Shown: positions 1-8,360 of the stretch, in pieces
Position numbering within the stretch: position 1 is the first letter of the stretch
How the letters are laid out: each line of letters starts with the position of its first letter
Assembly (NCBI GenBank): GCA_963707865.1
Contig: OY970175.1
Location: 80,748 to 144,747, forward strand
Source: an uncultured bacterium
GTDB lineage: Bacteria > Patescibacteriota > Minisyncoccia > UBA6257 > 2-01-FULL-56-20
Length of the DNA: 64,000 nt
Direction: 5' to 3'
Made by a program: the position numbers and the translations under genes
Notes under the pieces: generated by a model
Databases searched by the model: none
Told to the model about the DNA's origin: nothing
What the model saw: only the letters and a program-made list of their open reading frames with translations

Positions 1-46
1 GGGAGATTGAGAATGAGTTTAAGGAGATAAAAGGGGAGGTGGAGGA

Positions 47-493
47 ATGAAGCCCGTGGCCGACTGCGCGTTCTGCAACCTGTCCGGCGTCCGGGGGACG
101 ATCTTTAGGGACGAACTCGTGTGGGCGTTCCCGACCTATATCCCTGTCACGTCGGGGCATACGCTTATCGTTCCCGTCCGGCACGTTGCGAAGTTCAGCG
201 ACCTTACGAAAGAGGAAAAGGAGGCGATCTTCGCGCTTGCCGAAAAGATAAAAGCGGCGCTCCGGATCACGTTCGGCGCGGAGGGATTCCATGAGGCATG
301 GAACGAGGGGGAGGCAGCCGGCCAGGCCGTCCCGCATTTTCATCTCCACATCGTGCCCCGCAAGCCGGACGACGCGGGGATCACCGAGTACGAGCCGAGA
401 AAATTTCTCTACCGTCCGGGATCGCGCGAGAAGACACCCGAGAGCGAATTGCAGGCGGTGGCGGAGGAGATTCGGCGGCATATGGACGAATAG
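47..493 (+). CDS. HIT family (histidine triad) nucleotide hydrolase
   Basis: 148-aa ORF with the HIT motif HFHLHIVPR (HxHxHxx) near the C-terminus. Size and layout are typical of HinT-like proteins. Confidence 0.85.
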   Translation: MKPVADCAFCNLSGVRGTIFRDELVWAFPTYIPVTSGHTLIVPVRHVAKFSDLTKEEKEAIFALAEKIKAALRITFGAEGFHEAWNEGEAAGQAVPHFHLHIVPRKPDDAGITEYEPRKFLYRPGSREKTPESELQAVAEEIRRHMDE

Positions 494-494
494 C

Positions 495-1037
495 ATGCTC
501 GCCCTCACCTATTTCGTCCACGGGACGACGAAGGACAACGAGAACGGGATTGCAACGGGATGGCTCGGCGGCGAGCTTTCGGAGCAGGGAATACGGCAAT
601 CGGTTGACCTGAAAAAGCAGATCGGCGATAAAAAGTTTGACGTGGTCTTTTGTTCGGACCTCAAGCGGGCGGTGGACTCGGCGCAATTGGCTTTCGGCGG
701 GACCGTGCCCATTATCGCGCGGCCGGAGCTCAGGGAATGTAACTACGGCGACCTGAATGGGGCGCCTTCGCGCGTGGTGGAACCGCTACAAGAAATGCGG
801 ATCACGGAGCCCTTCCCGAACGGGGAGAGTTATAGAGATGTAGAGCGGAGGGTCGCGGCCTTCATCCAATCTGTGAAGCGGGAGTATGACGGCAAGCAGG
901 TGGCGATTGTCGCGCACAAAGGGCCGCAGCTCGCGCTTGATGTCTTATTGAGAGGGAAGACGTGGAAACAGGCGTTCGCGGAGGATTGGCGAAAGACGAA
1001 GGCGTGGCGGCCGGGGTGGGGGTATGAGGTGGGGTGA
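495..1037 (+). CDS. Histidine phosphatase family protein (phosphoglycerate-mutase-like)
   Basis: The N-terminus FVHGTT matches the RHG-type catalytic histidine region of histidine phosphatases, and the fold-typical spacing continues to a SDLKRA segment. The real start is the ATG at 495, in frame with the longer track ORF 291..1037. The stop at 491-493 of the HIT gene is 1 nt before this ATG. Confidence 0.65.
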   Translation: MLALTYFVHGTTKDNENGIATGWLGGELSEQGIRQSVDLKKQIGDKKFDVVFCSDLKRAVDSAQLAFGGTVPIIARPELRECNYGDLNGAPSRVVEPLQEMRITEPFPNGESYRDVERRVAAFIQSVKREYDGKQVAIVAHKGPQLALDVLLRGKTWKQAFAEDWRKTKAWRPGWGYEVG

Positions 1038-1129
1038 GTTGAATTGAAAGGGCAAAGAGCCAAAGTGAGTTAGTGAAAATAAATTCTCCGCGCCTGAAAG
1101 CGGGAGAATCTATCGCCCCGAAGACAATT

Positions 1130-1417
1130 TTACCCGCAGGTAACACTTGTATTCGCAGAAACCAGAGCTATCCAATCATTGATAAGTAATGATTTTCCTG
1201 TTTCTGCATTGCACGAGGCACACAGAGGAACAATGTACCAACCCCTGTCGGTTGAGCTATCTTTTTGGACGTGAGCTCCAACCGTAGGTTTTGAGAGGCA
1301 TTTATCTACCGGACAATACGAGGGGAGGTCTTGGCCGCTGAAGTTTTTCCAGTGATCAAGCCAGCTGCCGCAGTTGCATCGGTTTCCGCTGGTGCCGTTA
1401 ATATTGTTTATCCTCAT
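1130..1417 (-). CDS. Small Cys-rich protein with HNH-like nuclease motif
   Basis: 95 aa with CxC...CPxxxC, a GAHV histidine and IVPLCASCN, which resembles the HNH zinc-finger nuclease pattern. The gene is AT-rich. A hairpin plus T-run terminator lies on the minus strand just downstream, at about 1085-1120. Confidence 0.35.
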   Translation of the reverse strand: MRINNINGTSGNRCNCGSWLDHWKNFSGQDLPSYCPVDKCLSKPTVGAHVQKDSSTDRGWYIVPLCASCNAETGKSLLINDWIALVSANTSVTCG

Positions 1418-1568
1418 TATACGAAGGTTATTTTAATCTAGAGCGCAGTGATCGTCGACCTCGTCACTTTGGTTTTGCGGATATATTATATCCATCCTAC
1501 ACGGATGTCAAGAATCCCGACATACGAGGGCTTGACTTTTATACAAATAGGGTATAAGCTTTCAATAA

Positions 1569-2249
1569 ATGAGCAAGGAAATCCTTAAAATCATAAGGAA
1601 ATTGCGGCTAGAAAGGGGATTCTCGCAGGCGGCCATTGCTAAAAAATTAGGCATTTCGCGGGTTTCGTACATCGCTACGGAGCATGGGAAAAGGGAGTTA
1701 ACACTCGCCGAGGCACAGAAGCTCGCGGCAATTTTTGGCGCGAACCTGGACGAGATGGAGCGCGGGATCGCGCCGGATTATGACAAGTATAAAGAGATGA
1801 TCATTGCGTATCTGCGCGCAGATGATAGCGACGGCAAATTGCCAAAGACCAAACTCGCAAAGCTTCTTTATCTTGCTGACTTCGGCTGGTTCTACAAGCA
1901 TCTCATAAGCATGAGCGGCATGCCCTATCGAAAGTTCCAGTACGGTCCGGTTCCCGATATGTACTTCCGGGCAATTGACGAGCTCCAAGAGGAAGGAAGG
2001 ATAAATATTGTGCAGCACGATGAGGCCTCGTTGATTTTAGAAGGGGCCGGATCCAAAAATCAAAGGTTGGAGAAGCTGGATAAAAATGAAAAAGCTTTTA
2101 TTGGAGAAATCGCGAAGAGGTGGAGGGGCAAGCGGACGGGAGAAATAGTCGCATTTACCCATAATCAACTCCCGTATAAATTGAGCGCGGATAACGAGAT
2201 AATCCCGTACGAGCTCATCACGCAGGAGGATCCGGACCATGTCTACTGA
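1569..2249 (+). CDS. HTH (XRE family) - Panacea/DUF4065 domain protein (PanA/SocA-like antitoxin)
   Basis: The N-terminus is an XRE helix-turn-helix (LERGFSQAAIAKKLGISRVSYIATEHG). The middle has the Panacea/DUF4065 signature KLAKLLYLADFGW...FQYGPVPD. The last 11 nt overlap the next ORF. Confidence 0.75.
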   Translation: MSKEILKIIRKLRLERGFSQAAIAKKLGISRVSYIATEHGKRELTLAEAQKLAAIFGANLDEMERGIAPDYDKYKEMIIAYLRADDSDGKLPKTKLAKLLYLADFGWFYKHLISMSGMPYRKFQYGPVPDMYFRAIDELQEEGRINIVQHDEASLILEGAGSKNQRLEKLDKNEKAFIGEIAKRWRGKRTGEIVAFTHNQLPYKLSADNEIIPYELITQEDPDHVY

Positions 2250-2631
2250 TTATGGGATCGTTGTTGAACCATTTGCAGAGCGGCACTTCATAAAATCTTT
2301 CGCGAAGAAATATAAAGGCGCGTGGGATATTACCTGGCAGGCCATTGAGGCGGAGTTCAGGCATTTCGATGCGCTCTTTGAAACTTCCATCGCGGAGACG
2401 ATTGTTGATTCTCCGAGCGTAAAGATCTGCAAAACTGAATTCCGGGTGGCCGGAACCAAGGAATCGCGGCATGGGTCCGGTTGCCGTACGATCGTGGCAA
2501 TGGACAAGGGGACCAATATCGTGCACGTGCTCTTGGTGTATTGTAAGGGCGATCTGAAGGACGGGAATGAGACGGCGGCGTGGAAGCGGGTGGTGAGAGA
2601 TAATTATCCGAAGTATAGGGGACTGCTTTGA
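2239..2631 (+). CDS. Hypothetical 130-aa protein, candidate toxin partner of the Panacea antitoxin
   Basis: Overlaps the upstream HTH-Panacea gene by 11 nt and the downstream RM gene by 4 nt, so it is translationally coupled. Its C-terminal half (FRVAGTKESRHGSGCRTIVAMDKGTNIVHVLLVYCKGD) is rich in beta strands and reminiscent of the RelE/ParE fold, but no confident family match could be made by eye. Confidence 0.5.
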   Translation: MSTDYGIVVEPFAERHFIKSFAKKYKGAWDITWQAIEAEFRHFDALFETSIAETIVDSPSVKICKTEFRVAGTKESRHGSGCRTIVAMDKGTNIVHVLLVYCKGDLKDGNETAAWKRVVRDNYPKYRGLL

Positions 2632-4937
2632 AAATAAGGCAAAAACGGCGTAGGATTTTAGAAAGATTTAATCCTATGGACGTAGCGATTGCAAAGGAGA
2701 AAATCGCAGCCCTCGTTGCGAAATATAATGCCGAGGCTGTTTCTGATAAGTTGGGACGTTACAGCGAAGAAGATGTTAAAAACGCTTTTATTAAGCCGCT
2801 GTTCGAAGCTCTTGGCTGGGATATTGAGAATCGCGATGAGACCTCTGCGGAGGAACATATTAAATTCGCCGGAAGGGCTGATTACGGTTTTTACCTGAAT
2901 GGTCGCCCGAAATTTTACCTTGAAACAAAGAAGGTATCAGCTGACCTAAATAATCCTGAGTTTGCTAATCAAGCTGTTCGCTATGCGTGGAACAAAGGTA
3001 TTACCTGGGCAGTACTTACCAATTTTAAGGGTTTGAAAATTTTTAATGCTCAAGATATCAAGCGATCACTTGCAGATAAACTTTTTAAGGATATTAAACA
3101 CACGGAATACCTTTCACGCCTAGATGAACTCCTACTCCTTTCTCGGGAAGCTTTCGCGGAAAACCTATTGGATAAAGAAGCTGCAAAAGTAGGGAAAATT
3201 TATCTTCGGGTTCCCGTAGGCGACAAGCTTTATAAAGACCTAGATGAATGCCGAGCCAAGCTTACAAATGCTTTGCTCAAGTGCAACCCCGAACTGAAAA
3301 AGAATCATGATCTTCTTGATGAGGGCGTGCAGAAATTACTGGATCGTCTTATCTTTCTCCGCGTCGCCGAAGATCGCAATGTCGAGCCAAACATTTTAAG
3401 AATTCTTCTACGCGAAGCACAATCAACCCGCAAAGGGGAAATGTCGCTATATCAAGCGATGACAGAGAAATTTCGGGAACTTGACAAGGTTTACGACTCC
3501 AATCTTTTTTCGGAACATCCTTTTGAAAATTGGGATGAATATGATGGCGCTACGGAAAAAGTGATTGAAAAACTGTACGGAGAAAAGGGATACTATGAAT
3601 ATGATTTCAAGTTGATGCCAGCCGATGTTTTGGGCACCGTCTATGAGCATTATCTTGGCTACCGGCTTTCAAAAACAAAACCAGACAAGCGGAAATTGAT
3701 TCAAAGCAGCGGTGTAGAGCTCAGTAAGGATTCCAAGAAACGCAAGGAGCAGGGGATTTATTATACACCAACATTCGTTGTGGATTATATCGTTCGCCAC
3801 GCTTTGCAGCCAGTGCTTGATAAATGTAAAACATATCAAGACTTGATAAATGTAAAAGTTTTGGATCCTGCGTGTGGCTCTGGCTCTTTTCTTTTGAAAG
3901 CGCTTGAAGTCTTTAATGAAAAATATAAGGAGCTTGGGCAGAAAGGGGATGAGGATACTAAGCGCATTATTTTGAGCTGTAATTTATATGGCGTTGATCT
4001 TGACGAAAAAGCCGTAGAGATCGCAAGATTGAATTTACTCATAAATTCGCTTGATAGAAAAGAAGTTTTGCCTACGCCGAATATTAAATGTGGTAATTCG
4101 CTTATTTCCGGATCTGCTGAGGATCTTAAAAAATATTTTGGGGAAAATTGGAGGGAAAAGAAGCCGTTTAACTGGGAAGAAGAATTTTCTGAGATATTTA
4201 AAAACGGGGGATTTGATGTGGTGATTGGGAATCCGCCCTACGTGGTTTTAGAGGCAAGCGATGACCATTTATCATTTTTGAGAGATAACTATAAATCTTC
4301 ACAAGGGGGCAAAGTTAATCTATATAAGGCGTTTATCGAGCGAGGCATTGCCTTACTCAAAAGTGGCGGTCATCTCGGCTTCATCTGCCCTAGCAATTAT
4401 TTGTCGAGTAGCGATAGTAAGACCCTGAGAGAATTATTACTGAAGGAGACTAATTTAATTGAGATAATTGAATATTCTGAAAAAGATAAAGTTTTTGACG
4501 GTGTCACACAGGCTCTAACTACGATTATTTTCGAGAAGAGTAAAATGCATGCAAGTCAACTAGTCCATCTTGTAACAAAGAAGTATGGAGATGCAATTGT
4601 CGCCCAAGACAATCTACTTGAAGGTGAGGGCTATGAGTTTGTTGTTGAAAATAAAGCAATTAAAAAAATTGGCGATGCGAAATTAAGAATTTCCGATTTA
4701 TGCGAAGGATATCAGGGGGAGATCAATGTTAGTACAAAAAAAGAATTTTTTATACACGGGGCAAGAAGCAATTATCTGCCCCTACTTCGAGGTAATCAAA
4801 TTTTTAGATACCAACTCATTCCCTCTGATGAGTTTTGCCCAATTAGTATAGATAAAAGGGGGCACTGGAAAAGCCCACGCATTGTTTTACAAGAAGTTTC
4901 TAATCAGCAACAAGATAGAAGAATCAAGGGCGTTTGT
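2628..4937 (+). pseudogene. Type IIG/IIL single-chain restriction-modification enzyme, N-terminal 770 aa (Mrr-like PD-(D/E)XK nuclease + gamma-class N6-adenine methyltransferase), truncated by IS insertion
   Basis: N-terminal nuclease motif GRADYGFY...FYLETKK (D...ExK). Methyltransferase motifs GIYYTPTFVVDYIV, VLDPACGSGSFL (FxGxG, motif I) and VIGNPPYV (NPPY, motif IV). The reading frame runs into IS sequence after ...RIKG at about 4930 and terminates at 4967. The gene is AT-rich. Confidence 0.7.
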
Positions 4938-5959
4938 TTCATGTCCGCACATTTGTCCCCTCGATAGCTTGAAGATATTCAACCGGCGTCTTTCCCGCAA
5001 GGGCAAGATGAGGACAGACCGTGTTGTACCAGGCGCAGTACGCGGCCTGTTTTTGTTTCGCTTCGGCCACCGTGCGGAATGATATCTTGTTCCAGAACCG
5101 TTCGCGGTCATTGCGATGCGACCGCTCCACCTTGCCGTTCTGCGCAGGATGCCCCGGGGCGATGAGATAGTGCGTCATTTTTTGTTTTTCACAAGTAACA
5201 TCAAAAGGATGCAACCGCGGCTTCAGGGGATCTGCTGACTTCGGATATCCCACGTACCGGTTCGTGAAGATTGATCCGTTATCGGTCTTCACCGCACGGA
5301 TGCGGAAGGGTGCCGTAGCAATGACTTTCTCGAGAAACAAGATCGCGGTCCGCGTGGATTGTTCTTGGGTCACCCAGAGATGCCGCCACCGCGTGCAGCA
5401 ATCAATCGCGGTGAACTGGTAGAGCCATTGCCCCTTGAATCTCCGCACATAAACGACATCAATCTCGATGATCTCTCCGGGAAACGTGGCGGTCGGTTTC
5501 CACTTTGCTTTGGGCACCAACCGTTTTTTGGTTCTTGAGAGCCCCTCACGTTTCAGGACTTTGGCAATACCCCGCACGGAGAGCTTCAGGCCCTCGCGGG
5601 CGAGGAGATACATGAGGACATCAGGACCCAGATCCGTTGCTGTTCGCAACGATCTGATCCGATTCACGATGGTCTGTGAGAATTGTTTCGGATGCGTGTG
5701 CGGCCTGCGCGAGTGCGACACGAGCGCATCGATCCCGCCCCTGCGATATGCCGCCACCCACCGCTTGAGCGTGCGATATGAAAACGGCGCGTGGGCAGCA
5801 ATGTCCTTGATACTCATCTCTTTCTCAAGATGCGGGGTGATCCACCGCATCCGTTCCTCTGCTGCGTCTTTTGCGAGTGTTTGTGGCATATTCCCCAGCT
5901 TACACTTCAAGGGGCCATATGTATGTGCAGAGTACCCGTTCCTATTGACAGTGGGTTTC
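4938..5959 (-). mobile_element. IS481-family insertion sequence (~1.02 kb) inserted into the RM gene
   Basis: Carries a single DDE (rve-type) transposase ORF. Its GC is much higher than the surrounding AT-rich RM gene. The flanking RM fragments rejoin in frame if a putative 5-bp target-site duplication TTTGT (4933-4937 and 5960-5964) is collapsed. Imperfect terminal repeats share GCACAT...CCCCT. The boundaries are approximate, +/-10 bp. Confidence 0.6.
4939..5889 (-). CDS. IS481-family DDE transposase (integrase core domain)
   Basis: N-terminal HTH region, then integrase-core motifs (...TAIDCCTRW..., ...KTDNGSIFT..., ...APGHPAQNGKVERSHR...). The likely start is the ATG at 5889 (MPQTLAKD...), inside the longer track ORF 4939..6003. 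Confidence 0.75.
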   Translation of the reverse strand: MPQTLAKDAAEERMRWITPHLEKEMSIKDIAAHAPFSYRTLKRWVAAYRRGGIDALVSHSRRPHTHPKQFSQTIVNRIRSLRTATDLGPDVLMYLLAREGLKLSVRGIAKVLKREGLSRTKKRLVPKAKWKPTATFPGEIIEIDVVYVRRFKGQWLYQFTAIDCCTRWRHLWVTQEQSTRTAILFLEKVIATAPFRIRAVKTDNGSIFTNRYVGYPKSADPLKPRLHPFDVTCEKQKMTHYLIAPGHPAQNGKVERSHRNDRERFWNKISFRTVAEAKQKQAAYCAWYNTVCPHLALAGKTPVEYLQAIEGTNVRT

Positions 5960-6357
5960 TTTGTGGCCACACCACGAATTATGTTTTTCCCAAAGACAAA
6001 CACGCAGATATTTATTATTTGTTGGGGCTATTAAACAGTCGGGTGGTTGATTATTACTTTAAATATTTTAATAACACAAACCACGTTCCCATAGGAGAAC
6101 TGAAAGATATTCCCGTTCCGAAGACAACCAAAAAGGAACAAGATGTTATAGGGAATTTAGCAAAAATAATGGTTGAGCTACATCAAAAATGCGATAGCGT
6201 CAAAGAGAATTCAAATGGATGGAAAATTCTAAAAATTGAGATCGAAAAAACTGACAGAAAAATTGACGAAGAAATTTATAAATTATATAGCCTCAATCAA
6301 GAAGAAATGAAAACAATAGAGGGAGACTCAGAATCTTTAATCAAGCGGTCCAAATAG
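5960..6357 (+). pseudogene. C-terminal fragment (~130 aa) of the disrupted type IIG RM enzyme
   Basis: HTTNYVFPKDKHADIYYLLGLLNSRVVDYYF...IGELKDIPVP...EEIYKLYSLNQEEMKTIE is the characteristic C-terminal region of type IIG / gamma-MTase enzymes. It is AT-rich like the N-terminal fragment. Confidence 0.55.
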
Positions 6358-6540
6358 TTTCGGCAGGCTATGTAATAGATATGGACGGTCGCGGGCCGGT
6401 AAGACCGGCCCGCTCCTGCGGAACCTCTCGGTTCCGCACTGTCCCGCCGCAAAATCGTGCGGCGGGACCTTCCTACACGGGGCACCTCCCGGTGCCCCGA
6501 CCCCCTCCCCGAATCCATGTCTCGGTAGTATCTTATGTGT

Positions 6541-7650
6541 ATGCGCATCGTTGGACATCTCGACATGGATTCCTTCTTCGCCTCAATAGAAGAGAGGGAT
6601 CGGCCGCGCTTGAAGGGTTTGCCGATTGTTATTGGTGCGGATCCGGAGGATGGCAGAGGACGCGGGGTGGTGTCTACCGCGAACTACCGGGCGCGGGAAT
6701 ATGGGATTCGGTCTGCACTCCCAATTGCGACGGCGTGGCGGTATTCGGAGGCAGCGCGGAAGAAGGGGCTCCCGCCTGCGGTCTTTCTTGGGGTCAATAT
6801 GGAAAAATATGCGGAGGAGTCGCGGCGCGTGATGGGGATCGTGCGCGAGGTCTTGGGGGCCACGGCGCTTGTGGAGGAGGCGTCGGTGGATGAGGCGTTC
6901 GTTGATCTGTCGTTCACGGGTTCGTATGAGCGTGCGGAAAAGGTGGCGCGGACGGTCGCGCGCGCGATCAAAGAAAAAACGGGACTCACGGCGTCGGTGG
7001 GCGTGGGGCCGAACAAGCTTATCGCAAAGATCGCGTCGGACCGCGAGAAGCCGGACGGGTTCACATTTGTGCGAGAGTGCGATGCCGAGAAATTCCTTGA
7101 GCCCTTGCCGATCCGCACGATCCCGGGCGTGGGACCAAAAACGGAGGCGCGGTTCAGGGAGCAGGGCGTCCGCACGGTGGGGGACGCGAAGCGGTTCACG
7201 CGTGAGGAGCTTACGGAGATGATGGGCAAATGGGGTGCGGAGCTCTACGAAAAATTGCGCGGGCGGGACGAGTCACCGCTCGTCACGGAGTGGATCGCGA
7301 AGTCCGTGGGGGAGCAGGAGACCTTTCCGCGTGACACGCACGACCCGAAGTTCCTGCGTGAGCGCTTAACCGCGCTTGCGGCGGGGGTCTATGAGCGATT
7401 CGCGGCGGAGGCTTCGGAGGGGCACTTTAAAAGCTTCCGCGGCGTCACGATCACCGTCCGCTTCGCGGACTTTGCGACCGTGACGCGCGCGGCGACGCTT
7501 GACGAACCCGTTATGGCCCGCGACCCCGCTGCGCTCCGCACGCTCCAGTTCCAGGCCTTGCGCCTCTTCATGCCTTTCCTTGACCGCCGCGAGAATCCCG
7601 CGCGCAAGGCCTTCCGGCTCCTTGGGGTGCGCGTGGAGAAGCTGGTTTAA
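6541..7650 (+). CDS. dinB: DNA polymerase IV (Y-family, DinB)
   Basis: HLDMDSFFASIEERDRP...LKGLPIVIG...SVDEAFVDL motifs, with a size and domain order typical of DinB. Confidence 0.85.
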   Translation: MRIVGHLDMDSFFASIEERDRPRLKGLPIVIGADPEDGRGRGVVSTANYRAREYGIRSALPIATAWRYSEAARKKGLPPAVFLGVNMEKYAEESRRVMGIVREVLGATALVEEASVDEAFVDLSFTGSYERAEKVARTVARAIKEKTGLTASVGVGPNKLIAKIASDREKPDGFTFVRECDAEKFLEPLPIRTIPGVGPKTEARFREQGVRTVGDAKRFTREELTEMMGKWGAELYEKLRGRDESPLVTEWIAKSVGEQETFPRDTHDPKFLRERLTALAAGVYERFAAEASEGHFKSFRGVTITVRFADFATVTRAATLDEPVMARDPAALRTLQFQALRLFMPFLDRRENPARKAFRLLGVRVEKLV

Positions 7651-7691
7651 GTCAGCGGATTTTAGAAGATTTTAACCCCTTATTTGATAGT

Positions 7692-8045
7692 GTGGGTTGG
7701 ATGGAAAAGGATTTTGGGAAGTGGCATATTCTTAAAACAGATCTCCAGCGCAGAGAAGGTGGGCCATTTTTCGCCAAGCGAGAGATCTGGATTTGCTCAG
7801 TCGGTTTAAACCTTGGCCACGAAGAAGACGGGAAAGGTGATCGATTTTTGCGCCCGGTTGTCATCTTTAAGAAATTTACCTCAGATCTCTTTTGGGGCAT
7901 ACCTCTCACAAGTAGCGACAAGAGTGGACCATCCCATTATCAATTTAATTTCTTGGTTCCACAAATCGAAACCCCTTCTCGCGAAGAAGGGGTTTCTCGG
8001 GGGGCCGAAGCCCATTGTGATTCCAGTATAGCAGGAGCAGGATAA
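7692..8045 (+). CDS. PemK/MazF-family toxin-like protein (mRNA interferase fold), no cognate antitoxin seen
   Basis: REIWICSVGLNLGHEEDGKGDRFLRPVVIF...GIPLTS matches PemK/Kid (GEIWLVSLDPTAGHEQQGTRPVLIV...VPVTS). The C-terminal 40 aa are divergent. No small upstream ORF is present. Confidence 0.5.
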   Translation: MGWMEKDFGKWHILKTDLQRREGGPFFAKREIWICSVGLNLGHEEDGKGDRFLRPVVIFKKFTSDLFWGIPLTSSDKSGPSHYQFNFLVPQIETPSREEGVSRGAEAHCDSSIAGAG

Positions 8046-8101
8046 TTGTCAACCATCATTTAATGAAAATTTAATCTCTGGACAGGTGGTAGAATTCAAG
8101 T

Positions 8102-8350
8102 ATGAAGATTTTTGTGAAGGCGAAACCTGGCGCGAAGAAAACGGCCGTGGGCGATGCAAACGAGCTTTTGGGAAAGACAGGTGAGATTCACCTTATTGTT
8201 TCCGTGAAGGAGCCCGCGAAGGAGGGTCGCGCAAACCGCGCGATAGAAAGGGCGCTTGCGGAGTATTTTAAGGTGCCGCCGTCGCGCGTGCGGATCGTTG
8301 CAGGGCATGCGTCGCGCGAGAAGGTCGTGGAAATCGGCGGCGCCCCATAG
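8102..8350 (+). CDS. DUF167/YggU family protein
   Basis: 82 aa, with KAKPGAKKTAV...EPAKEGRANRAIERALAEYFKVPPSRVRIVAGHASREKVVEI typical of UPF0235/YggU. Confidence 0.7.
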   Translation: MKIFVKAKPGAKKTAVGDANELLGKTGEIHLIVSVKEPAKEGRANRAIERALAEYFKVPPSRVRIVAGHASREKVVEIGGAP

Positions 8351-8360
8351 GCGTGCTATA

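Noticed and set aside
291-1037. Long form (248 aa) of the phosphatase ORF starting at 291
   Set aside because: Its N-terminal 68 aa overlap the HIT gene in another frame and are Arg/Pro-rich. The real start is the ATG at 495, 1 nt after the HIT stop.
6381-6893. 170-aa plus ORF overlapping the dinB start
   Set aside because: It is Gly/Arg-rich, out of frame with dinB, and has no motif. dinB itself is well supported.
7957-7990. Hairpin GAAACCCCTTCTCG/CGAGAAGGGGTTTC as an intrinsic terminator
   Set aside because: It lies inside the 3' end of the MazF-like ORF and is followed by G-rich sequence, not a U-run.
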